Of a stretch of DNA of 64,000 nucleotides, positions 56,284 to 64,000 are shown in pieces (the stretch's first letter is position 1; each line of letters opens with the position of its first letter). The notes under the pieces were generated by a model. It did not search any database. It saw only the letters and a program-made list of their open reading frames with translations, and was not told the DNA's origin. The stretch lies in NCBI GenBank assembly GCA_035604385.1, contig DATNIO010000197.1, forward strand, positions 2,565-66,564, read 5' to 3'. Source of the DNA: Verrucomicrobiia bacterium (GTDB taxonomy: Bacteria > Acidobacteriota > Terriglobia > Acidiferrales > UBA7541). The translations under genes and the position numbers were made by a program.

Positions 56284-57399
56284 TCACGACTTCAGGCGCG
56301 GAAACAAACGCTCGGCGTTGCCGCGATTGATGGCTTTCCAGTCGTCTTCCGAGAAGCCGGCGTATTGGACGAGCCATTCGTCCGTCAACTCGTAATTCCG
56401 GATGGGCGCGTCGCTGCCGTACATGATCTGCGAAATGGGGACGATGTCTTTCAGTGCGTCGAGGGCGGGCGCGCGGCCTGCGTGCGCGGTGTCGAAATAC
56501 AATTTCTTGAATTCGTACTCCACGCCGTGCGGCACTTTGTCGGCGCGGTTCTTTGGAAAATCGTCGATGATGCGGGCGGCCAGCACGGGAAATGCTCCGC
56601 CGGAGTGCGAAAAGATGAAACGGATATTCGGATTTTTCGCCAAAGTTCCGTCAAAGAGAAGACTGTCGATGGCGCGCGCCGTGTCGATGTCGTACTCGAT
56701 GATGCCGGATTGTCCGGGGAGATTGCGGCAGCACGAAGCGCGCGCGGGATGGACAAAAACCACGGCGCCGCGGCGGTTCAATTCTTCGTAGACTGGCGCG
56801 AAGGAAGGATCGCCCATCCACTTGTCCAAGTAGCTCGTCCACAGGGCAATGCCGTCGGCCTTCAGCACGTCCAGCGAGTATGCGATTTCCTTCAGGCTTC
56901 CATCCGTATCCGGCAGCGGCAGCGTGGCAAAGTGGCCGAATCGGCCCGGATAATCTTTGATCAACTGCGCGCCATATTCATTGTGTTGCCTGGCGAGGTT
57001 GCGCGCCTTCTCGCTTTTATCGCTCGTCGAATCCATGACCAATCGCTGGACCGGCGAAAAGAATGCCGTGGCGATTCCGTGCTTGTCCATCATGTCGATT
57101 GAGGTGGAGGGAGTCCAGGGCCTGGGCGAGAATCCGCCCGCGCGCATCTGCTCTTCCATGGCCTTGAGGTAAAACGGCGGAAAGATGTGGTGGTGAATGT
57201 CAACGCGGCCCGCGTGTGGACGGACCGACGGAGAGGTCACCTGCGCGATGAGCCCGCTTTCAGAAAGAACTGCGCCCGCTCCGGCAACGGCCAGGGCTTT
57301 CAAAAATTTCCTGCGCGAAGCGCCAGAGTCGAAAGGTTTTCCATTCACGTTGCTAAAATCTGCGGACGTCTCAAAGTTTCCCGAAGCGCGATTCCCCAT
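56284..57399 (-). CDS. amidohydrolase-2 family protein with Tat signal
   Basis: SRRKFLKALAVAGAGAV leader. VDIHHHIFPP, FVHP, FSHSGG and YGSDAP metal-site motifs. Confidence 0.8.
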   Translation of the reverse strand: MGNRASGNFETSADFSNVNGKPFDSGASRRKFLKALAVAGAGAVLSESGLIAQVTSPSVRPHAGRVDIHHHIFPPFYLKAMEEQMRAGGFSPRPWTPSTSIDMMDKHGIATAFFSPVQRLVMDSTSDKSEKARNLARQHNEYGAQLIKDYPGRFGHFATLPLPDTDGSLKEIAYSLDVLKADGIALWTSYLDKWMGDPSFAPVYEELNRRGAVVFVHPARASCCRNLPGQSGIIEYDIDTARAIDSLLFDGTLAKNPNIRFIFSHSGGAFPVLAARIIDDFPKNRADKVPHGVEYEFKKLYFDTAHAGRAPALDALKDIVPISQIMYGSDAPIRNYELTDEWLVQYAGFSEDDWKAINRGNAERLFPRLKS

Positions 57400-57493
57400 G
57401 CTCGTTTCCTCCCGGCTGCAAAAGAAATGCGGGTTGTATTGCGGCGCAACATAACACGTTTCCGGGGCGCCTGTCAGCGGCGCGCGCCGGGAA

Positions 57494-58054
57494 TCAGCGC
57501 GGCTCGGAGGAAGGCGGGACGATGCTCTTGATTCGCATGTACGTGACGAGGTTGCCGTAGTGCTCGTTGTTGTGCGCGAGATTTGAAATTAACCGGCTGA
57601 TTCGCATCACGGGAGCTTTCGTGCCGTCGTCCCTTGTGCCTTGCACGATATCCTTGGAATTCGCATCCGTGAGCATGGCATACGCGCCGTCGCAGTAGGT
57701 CAAAGCGCTGTCCAGAGCCTTTACGAGATCGGCCTTCGCGGTTACTTTTTCAAAATCTGTTTCTTCCATGGGATTCTTTTCGCCCTTGGCGTCCGAACAC
57801 CAGCGATAATTAAAATTGGCCAGGTGTCCGATCAGTTGCCCGAATGTCCGGACCTCGGGTTGCGCGCCGGGGCGCAGGCCGTAAAACTCCTCGGGCATCT
57901 TTTCCGCGGTGCGCGCGATGAATTTCCGGTTCGTGGCGTAGGAATTGCGCAGCCAGGCGGAGAGGTCTTTGGGCGGAGCCTGCTGGCCGGTCTGCGCCGC
58001 CAGCAGAATTGCCAGCGAGAAACCTAGAAGCGCGCTGAAGATCATCTTCCCCAT
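57494..58054 (-). CDS. DinB family protein (secreted)
   Basis: Signal peptide. FGQLIGHLANFNY and LAHNNEHYG His-triad-type DinB motifs. Confidence 0.7.
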   Translation of the reverse strand: MGKMIFSALLGFSLAILLAAQTGQQAPPKDLSAWLRNSYATNRKFIARTAEKMPEEFYGLRPGAQPEVRTFGQLIGHLANFNYRWCSDAKGEKNPMEETDFEKVTAKADLVKALDSALTYCDGAYAMLTDANSKDIVQGTRDDGTKAPVMRISRLISNLAHNNEHYGNLVTYMRIKSIVPPSSEPR

Positions 58055-58155
58055 AAGTGGTCCCCCAAGATTATTTGAGCGAAGGTCTCTGAATTGCGCA
58101 GCTAATTTTTACAGCGTCGCACATTATACAACCGGCTACCGCTGCGCACAATTTG

Positions 58156-58228
58156 CGTGGCGCCGGCTTCAGCCTGCGGAGGTGGTCCTTGCATGGACTA
58201 AAACCCACAGGCTGAAGCCTGCGCCACG
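58156..58228. repeat. imperfect inverted repeat of the ggcttcagcc/ggctgaagcc family
   Basis: 'cgtggcgccggcttcagcctgcgga' ... 'cccacaggctgaagcctgcgccacg'. Confidence 0.8.
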
Positions 58229-58329
58229 ACAAACGGAACTTGACATGGCAATAGGGCTGCCGTAAGGTCAAGCGCAAGGACAGAAAGAAGTTCTGGATCC
58301 TGCTCCAGCCCCAGCCGAAAGAGACGCCC

Positions 58330-58779
58330 ATGAACCTGTTTGACGCGGTTCGATTGGTCTTGAAACAGAAGGGTCAGAACGTCTGGCAAGTTTCGCCGGA
58401 GGCGTGCGTCTACGACGCGATCGAAATCATGGCGGAAAAGCATGTGGGCGCCCTGATGGTGGTCTCGGAAGGCGATCTGGTTGGCGTCGTTTCCGAGCGC
58501 GACTACGCGCGAAAAGTTATCCTGCAAGGAAAGTTGTCCAAGGAAACCCAGGTGAAGGAAATCATGACGAGTCCCGCAATTTTCGTGTCTCCGGAGCACA
58601 CGGTCGAAGACAGCATGAGAATCATGACGGACAACCACATCCGCCACCTGCCCGTAGTGGAAAACGGGATTGTTTTGGGAGTCGTGTCAATCGGGGATCT
58701 GGTGAAGTGGATGATTTCCGCTCAGCAGCACACCATATCCCAGCTGCACAGCTACATTACCAGCCAGTATCCAGGCTAA
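58330..58779 (+). CDS. CBS domain pair protein
   Basis: 149 aa. Two CBS repeats (AIEIMAEKHVGALMVV..GDLVGVVSERD; SMRIMTDNHIRHLPVVENGIVLGVVSIGD). Confidence 0.85.
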   Translation: MNLFDAVRLVLKQKGQNVWQVSPEACVYDAIEIMAEKHVGALMVVSEGDLVGVVSERDYARKVILQGKLSKETQVKEIMTSPAIFVSPEHTVEDSMRIMTDNHIRHLPVVENGIVLGVVSIGDLVKWMISAQQHTISQLHSYITSQYPG

Positions 58780-58874
58780 TCTCCGGCCGAACGAAGATTT
58801 TTCTTGCTCTGCCCGGCTATCCTCTTGCCTGAACCGGTATCGCAGAAAGGATCTTCGTTCCGGTTCGCGGGTTC

Positions 58875-61800
58875 TTAATTTCCGGCGCGCTTGCTCATGT
58901 TTCCGCCGGCATCATTGCCCGGATCCACATCGAGCTCCATTAGCCGCAACTGTACGCCTTGATCCCAGGCGGCCGATTCATCCGAATCCTTTTCCACGGT
59001 CACTTGCGCCGCCACGGCAACCACCACCTCAGAGGTTTCACCTTCACGACTCTGAGTTACTGTTTCGGAAACGATGGCGGACACCTTCGCTACAGCGACT
59101 GGCGCCGGAACTGCCGGTCGAGGGGCTTCCTTTTCACCATTCCGACTCACCGCTCCAGAAACTGCGGCCGGCGTCTTCGCCGCAACTGCCGGCGCCGGAT
59201 GCGCCGGTCGGGGCGCTTCCGCTGCGGCGATTTGGAGTCTCGCTTTCATCAATTCTTCCGCACGTGCGAAGAAATCCTCCCGGGAGATTTTTCCAGAATC
59301 CACGTCGGCCAGGATCGCGCGCTGCGCTTTGTATTCCTTGTTTTCGATCCCCGCCTTGCTTTGCAGCATACGCCAGGCCTTGCGGCGCTCCACGCAAAAC
59401 ATCACCAACTGCCGCGAGAGCGAGCGGTACTCCACGTCCCCCTTGGGTCCCTGCACTTTGATGTAAACGCCGAAGTCAGGGATGTAGGACAGGTGATCGT
59501 GAACAAGATAGCGGCGGTAGACCACATCCTGTTGCGTGATGCGGACGAGCATGTTTTCCAACGAAATCATCTTGGCAGCGTCTTCTTTTTTGATTTTCTT
59601 CAGATGATTCCGGAAGCGCGCTTCCGTCGCGCACCAATGAGCGACGGTAAAACGGTACGGCTCGTTCGTAGCCTTGAACTTCGTTTCGTACCAATCCTTC
59701 TCGAGCGAAGGGTTGCCCTTTAGATCGAGGGCTTCCTGGTACGTTTCGCCAAGCCGCGGGTTGAAAACAAATTCCGGCGCCCCGCGGGAATCGCGAACGC
59801 GCTGCGCCTGAGTGAGGGCCATGTCATCCGCTACTCCATGTTCCGGCTGGCACGTGGTGAAGCACTGTAGGAAAGCCGTTCCGCGATACTCGATTCCATC
59901 CAGAATGGCCCGGTAAAGTTTCGGAGCATTCGCGATCGAGATTTGGGCGATGAAAGGCGATCCGTGGCCGGCCAGGAAAGTTTCGGCCACCGTTTTCTTC
60001 TCGACGTTCTTGCCCTGCGTGGCGGCGCCGAACACGTTCATGTCGTTCCCGCCCAGCATTGGCGTCGAATCCGAGTTCTGGCCGCCTGTGTTGGAATAAA
60101 CCTGCGTGTCGAGCATCAGGGCTTTGACGTTCGGACGATTCTGGAGAATCACCTTCGAAGTGTTCTGATACCCGATGTCGCCCATGCCTCCGTCGCCGCC
60201 AACCACCCATACTTTCGGGAGTTCCAGAATCTCCTGGTCGGTCATCAGCGCGTCGGTGAAGTGTGTGAATTCATAGTACTCGCGCGGATTGATGACGTTT
60301 TCCGTCCGCTGAAGCAGGATATCGGCCAGCCGCTCGGGAACTACGGAACGGCGGGCATGATCCACGATGAAGCTCTCACCGAGCAGCCATCCTACGGTGA
60401 TGCCGTCCTGGAATAGGGAGTTCATCCACGGATACGGGTGCGGGTTGTTGGACGGCGTCGAGCCGTAGACGGTATTGCAGCCGGTGTGCGCGGCCATGGC
60501 CATCACCGACATGCCGTTTGCGAGGCGGCCATCGATGGCCTGAAGATTCATGTGATTGAACGCTTCTTGCAGCAGCACGGTAGCAATCGCGTGGACGAGA
60601 TCTCCGTCCGTGATCTCGCCATGCGCGGCGATGCGTGCCTTGGTGTCTTTTTCGTCCTCGCCGCCAAGTCCCATCACTAAGTGAGCGATTGTCTGGCACA
60701 TCAGTTCATACTCTTCTTGGCTTCGTGCCTTGAGTTCAGCGAGTTTCTGCACGCCGGTCTTTTCGAGATCGCCCGCTTTGGCGCGGAAACGCTCGGCTTT
60801 CGCGTGATAGAGGGGCCGCATGTAGGCTTCCGTAACCGATGTAATGGCCCGCAGCACGCTCTTCTCTCCGCAACCCGCGCAGGCGCCGTCGCCGGAGACC
60901 AGCGCATCATAGTTGCGCCGCACCATCAGCAAATTGCGCAGCGCTGCGGTCTTGGAATCCGTCGGGTTCGTATCGTTATACAGGCCCAAATATTTCTGCG
61001 AAGTGTCCGGCAAAAGGTTCAGGAAGGCGGTTCCGGTCTCGTGCTCCGCGTTGACGTCCTCGGTCTCCTGCACCATTCTGAGCGCATTGTGATCGCCGCA
61101 AGCGGTCACGCACGCAGCGCATCCCTTGCACAGGTCCGAAACGAAAATGGAGAACACGCCGCCGCTGCCCGGTGTCCTCTTCTCCGGCGTGGCAAAGATC
61201 GCGTTGGCCTTCTGGAAGGCCATGGGAACTTTTTCGATGACGGCGAAGAATTGGCGCTTGGCCTCGTCGGAGAATCCGTCCACTTCATTCGTGACCTTGC
61301 GGAGGAGCTCGGGTAGGGGAGTGAGCGTTTTCGTGGCTACGGAAGCCTGCATTAAGGCGCGCGTGCGCTTGTCAATCTCCGGCACTGACTTGAACATTTT
61401 CGCGCGCTCATTCGGGTCCGTCACGTAGTTCGCGATGGCGGTTCGCAGAACGGTGTCCAATTCCTGAGAACAATTCGGCAGCGCCGTGTCCGGACAAACC
61501 GCGATGCACTCCATGCATTGCGTGCAGTTTTCCGGAATGTAGAGGGGCGTTTCGCGGCGAGCGACATATTTGGAGGCAGTGTCGCCGCTGCCGGCAGCCA
61601 TTACTCCTACCGACGCGAGCGGCGAGGCCGGCTGATTGTAGCCATAGTTGGAGCGAAACTCGGAATCGAACATGGCGATTGTCGTGACTGGCGTGCGCGG
61701 GCCCTGTCCCTGAGGAACTTCATGGGAACGGCAGCCTGAGCCGCAACCACCCTCGGCGGAAGCGTTAGAAACCACAGGCAGCAGCGCCTCGCCCCGGAGC

Positions 61801-63929
61801 GATGACCGGTCCGGCGCTTCCATTTCGCCGACGCGTATTTCGTGCACGCGCTCAAAGCCTTGCGTCATGACTTCCATGTTGGAATTCACGACCGCGTCGC
61901 CCAGCCGGCCGAATTTCTTGACGTACTGCTTGTGAACGACGTCCCGGAACTGTTCCGGCGTAATTCCGAACTCCTGCAAAATCGGCGACACCGCAAAGAA
62001 CGCGCCCAGGAACGCGTTCCCTTGCATTCTCAGTTGAAGGTCGGCGCGATCGGTCGCGTTGCGGGCGATCACGAAGCCGGGCAGCGTATAAACACGGATC
62101 TTCTTGTCGATGATTTGCCTGCGCGCCCACATGGGCAACCGCTCCCAAGCCTTTTCGCCTTCCTCCTCCGATTCCCAGATCAAGGCGCCGCCTTCGAGCA
62201 TTCCGTCCAGCGGATTGGTGTGAGTGAATGCCTTCGGGTCGCAGCAAAGCACAACCGTGACATGCCGCAGATCGCAATTCACTCGAATCCGCTCGGGAGC
62301 GGCGACCATGAAGTAGGAAGTCGGCGCGCCCTTTTTCTCGGAGCCGTATTTCGGATTGGCGCTGACGTGGATGATTTCCTTGGGATTGCCCCACTCGTCC
62401 ACAACTTTGTCGCGATCGTAAAGCAGATCGTTCAAGTCGCCGATGATGGCGCCAAGATTTTTTCCGGTGGTGATGGCGCCCCACCCTCCAATGGAATGGA
62501 ATCGGACGGCCACGGCCTTTTCGGGCAGCAGCGACGGCGTCTCCTCCGATTTCACTTCATAGGGATGATCGACGCCTAGGACGAAAAATGAGACTCCGTC
62601 CGCGACGCCCTTGCCGTCTTTGCGAGTCCGCGTTCCCGTCGCAAATTCGTAGGCGCCCAGTACGTGCTCGGGCCTGAAATCACGGGAACCCAAGCCGTAA
62701 ATGCCGGCAAAGAGCCGCGGCATCCGGTCCGGCGTAATGGGAGGAAGATTCGCTTCCGCGACGTGGTCCTGCGTGACGAGGGCCTTGGTCAAGGCCGTCC
62801 GGATTTCCCGGCCCATGGGGTTGTCTCCCGACATGGGCTCATCCGTGCGCTCGAGAACGATGACGTTGCGCTTGCCGGCGAGCGCCTTTATGACGGCGGC
62901 CTCCGGGAAAGGCCGGAAGACGTTCAAGTGAATCGATCCGACTTTGGCGTTGCGCCGCTCCCGCAAATAGTCAACGGCCGCCTCGATATTTTCCGCAGCC
63001 GAACCGAGCGACACAAATACCGTGTCCGCGTCCTCCGTCTTATATTCAGTGATCAAGCCATAATGGCGGCCGGTCAAGTTTCCGAAATCCTTGTAGGCCT
63101 CTTCCAGGAATTGCAGAATCGGCTCCGTGAAATTGTTGCGGCGCGCTACCACGCCCTGCATGTAATGTTCCTGATTTTGCACGGGGCCAAGAAGGACAGG
63201 GTTCGTCAGGTCAATCATGCGCGGCACGCGGCGCCGCTTCGGGCCAAACAAAATGCGCTGGCTTTCGGTCGGACAATCGATCATGTCATCCGGCGCGCCC
63301 AAGTATTCGCGCATCAGTTCCGACTCGTGCTTGTAGAAGGTGCGCTCCAGGTGTGAAGTGAGGAATCCGTCCTGCACGTTCATTCCTGGTGTCAGGCTGA
63401 GTTCGGTCACGCGCCGCAGAATCAGCGCCTGGTCGGCCGCTTGCTGCGCGTCCTTGCCGAATAAAATGATCCAGCCGGTATCGAGCGCACCATACACATC
63501 GTCGTGTCCGCAGTGGACGTTCAGGGCGTGCTTGGTAAGCGCGCGAGCTCCGACCTCCAGAACCATCGTCGAGCACTTGCCCGGCGCGTGGTAATACTGC
63601 TCTACGCCGTAGACGACTCCCTGGCCAGACGTAAAATTGACAACCCGCTGGCCGCAAACGGAATGCGCGATGGCCCCGCCCTGCGCCGCGTGCTCGCCTT
63701 CCGCCTCCACCGCGATGGTGTTGTGGCCGAAGACATTCAATTTGCCTTCCGCGTAAGCCTGCTGGTAAAGCTCGCCACCCTCGGTGGACGGGGTGATCGG
63801 GTAGAAGATTCCCGCGTCGGTGATGCGAGTTTCGGTGTGATAAGACACCAGTTGGTTTCCGTTGGCAGTAACGCGGATACCGGGATACCGGGGTTTTTCG
63901 CGCACGGGGCCCTCCTTGGCCGAGGTCAT
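58875..63929 (-). CDS. pyruvate:ferredoxin (flavodoxin) oxidoreductase homolog, extended form
   Basis: The ORF opens at 63959; ATG 63929 (MTSAKEG) is an alternative. It has a PFOR domain I (GIFYPITPSTE, EGEHAAQGGA), a gamma domain (FHSIGGWGAITTGKNLG) and two 4Fe-4S motifs (CTQCMECIAVCP, CKGCAACVTAC). It also has TPP motifs (GDGACAGCGE, GGDGGMGDIGYQN). Total about 1,684-1,694 aa. Confidence 0.88.
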   Translation of the reverse strand: MTSAKEGPVREKPRYPGIRVTANGNQLVSYHTETRITDAGIFYPITPSTEGGELYQQAYAEGKLNVFGHNTIAVEAEGEHAAQGGAIAHSVCGQRVVNFTSGQGVVYGVEQYYHAPGKCSTMVLEVGARALTKHALNVHCGHDDVYGALDTGWIILFGKDAQQAADQALILRRVTELSLTPGMNVQDGFLTSHLERTFYKHESELMREYLGAPDDMIDCPTESQRILFGPKRRRVPRMIDLTNPVLLGPVQNQEHYMQGVVARRNNFTEPILQFLEEAYKDFGNLTGRHYGLITEYKTEDADTVFVSLGSAAENIEAAVDYLRERRNAKVGSIHLNVFRPFPEAAVIKALAGKRNVIVLERTDEPMSGDNPMGREIRTALTKALVTQDHVAEANLPPITPDRMPRLFAGIYGLGSRDFRPEHVLGAYEFATGTRTRKDGKGVADGVSFFVLGVDHPYEVKSEETPSLLPEKAVAVRFHSIGGWGAITTGKNLGAIIGDLNDLLYDRDKVVDEWGNPKEIIHVSANPKYGSEKKGAPTSYFMVAAPERIRVNCDLRHVTVVLCCDPKAFTHTNPLDGMLEGGALIWESEEEGEKAWERLPMWARRQIIDKKIRVYTLPGFVIARNATDRADLQLRMQGNAFLGAFFAVSPILQEFGITPEQFRDVVHKQYVKKFGRLGDAVVNSNMEVMTQGFERVHEIRVGEMEAPDRSSLRGEALLPVVSNASAEGGCGSGCRSHEVPQGQGPRTPVTTIAMFDSEFRSNYGYNQPASPLASVGVMAAGSGDTASKYVARRETPLYIPENCTQCMECIAVCPDTALPNCSQELDTVLRTAIANYVTDPNERAKMFKSVPEIDKRTRALMQASVATKTLTPLPELLRKVTNEVDGFSDEAKRQFFAVIEKVPMAFQKANAIFATPEKRTPGSGGVFSIFVSDLCKGCAACVTACGDHNALRMVQETEDVNAEHETGTAFLNLLPDTSQKYLGLYNDTNPTDSKTAALRNLLMVRRNYDALVSGDGACAGCGEKSVLRAITSVTEAYMRPLYHAKAERFRAKAGDLEKTGVQKLAELKARSQEEYELMCQTIAHLVMGLGGEDEKDTKARIAAHGEITDGDLVHAIATVLLQEAFNHMNLQAIDGRLANGMSVMAMAAHTGCNTVYGSTPSNNPHPYPWMNSLFQDGITVGWLLGESFIVDHARRSVVPERLADILLQRTENVINPREYYEFTHFTDALMTDQEILELPKVWVVGGDGGMGDIGYQNTSKVILQNRPNVKALMLDTQVYSNTGGQNSDSTPMLGGNDMNVFGAATQGKNVEKKTVAETFLAGHGSPFIAQISIANAPKLYRAILDGIEYRGTAFLQCFTTCQPEHGVADDMALTQAQRVRDSRGAPEFVFNPRLGETYQEALDLKGNPSLEKDWYETKFKATNEPYRFTVAHWCATEARFRNHLKKIKKEDAAKMISLENMLVRITQQDVVYRRYLVHDHLSYIPDFGVYIKVQGPKGDVEYRSLSRQLVMFCVERRKAWRMLQSKAGIENKEYKAQRAILADVDSGKISREDFFARAEELMKARLQIAAAEAPRPAHPAPAVAAKTPAAVSGAVSRNGEKEAPRPAVPAPVAVAKVSAIVSETVTQSREGETSEVVVAVAAQVTVEKDSDESAAWDQGVQLRLMELDVDPGNDAGGNMSKRAGN

Positions 63930-64000
63930 GCTGACATAGCCCCAAAGCACTTCAGGCACTCAGCAAAGGCCTAGAGCTGCAATATAAATTCGTATTGACA

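Overview
This is a high-GC chromosomal segment. I infer it is probably Acidobacteriota (Terriglobia-like), based on a TIGR03436-style VWFA protein, PAL-like NHL propeller proteins and dense intergenic palindromic repeat families. All domain calls come from reading motifs in the supplied translations; no database search was possible.

Layout:
- 0.9-6.5 kb: miscellaneous enzymes.
- 6.6-15.5 kb: a conserved cell-shape cluster, mreB-mreC-mreD-mrdA(PBP2)-rodA, followed by an RNase E/G-family gene. That gene carries an insertion of roughly 500 aa of low-complexity sequence inside its S1 domain.
- 15.5-ca. 27 kb: an accessory, repeat-rich stretch with two clearly lower-GC blocks. It holds a single-gene ABC-ATPase/Toprim (DUF4435/OLD-like) fusion, a divergently transcribed orphan polytopic membrane protein, a GIY-YIG nuclease cassette nested in inverted and direct repeats, a Crp/Fnr regulator with a small Zn-ribbon ORF, a HicB-HicA pair, several orphan secreted proteins and two USP genes.
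- 26-64 kb: CitE-like lyase, ppk1, VWFA protein, DUF72, a GntR + AAHS-type MFS pair, a sulfite-dehydrogenase-like Mo-enzyme with two cytochrome c genes, DJ-1, two head-to-head NHL paralogs, Tat-signal amidohydrolases, a porin/PstS-like/MCP operon, a four-gene catabolic operon (crotonase-MFS-ALDH-amidohydrolase), DinB, CBS, and an unusually long (about 1,690 aa) pyruvate:ferredoxin-oxidoreductase homolog.

I found no rRNA, tRNA, CRISPR array, integrase or transposase.

The best candidate for something new is the low-GC islet at 15.5-18.8 kb: the ATPase-Toprim fusion plus the uncharacterised membrane protein. The ATPase-Toprim half resembles known OLD / fused-PARIS architectures, so any novelty would lie in the partner gene and the unassigned C-terminal domain.
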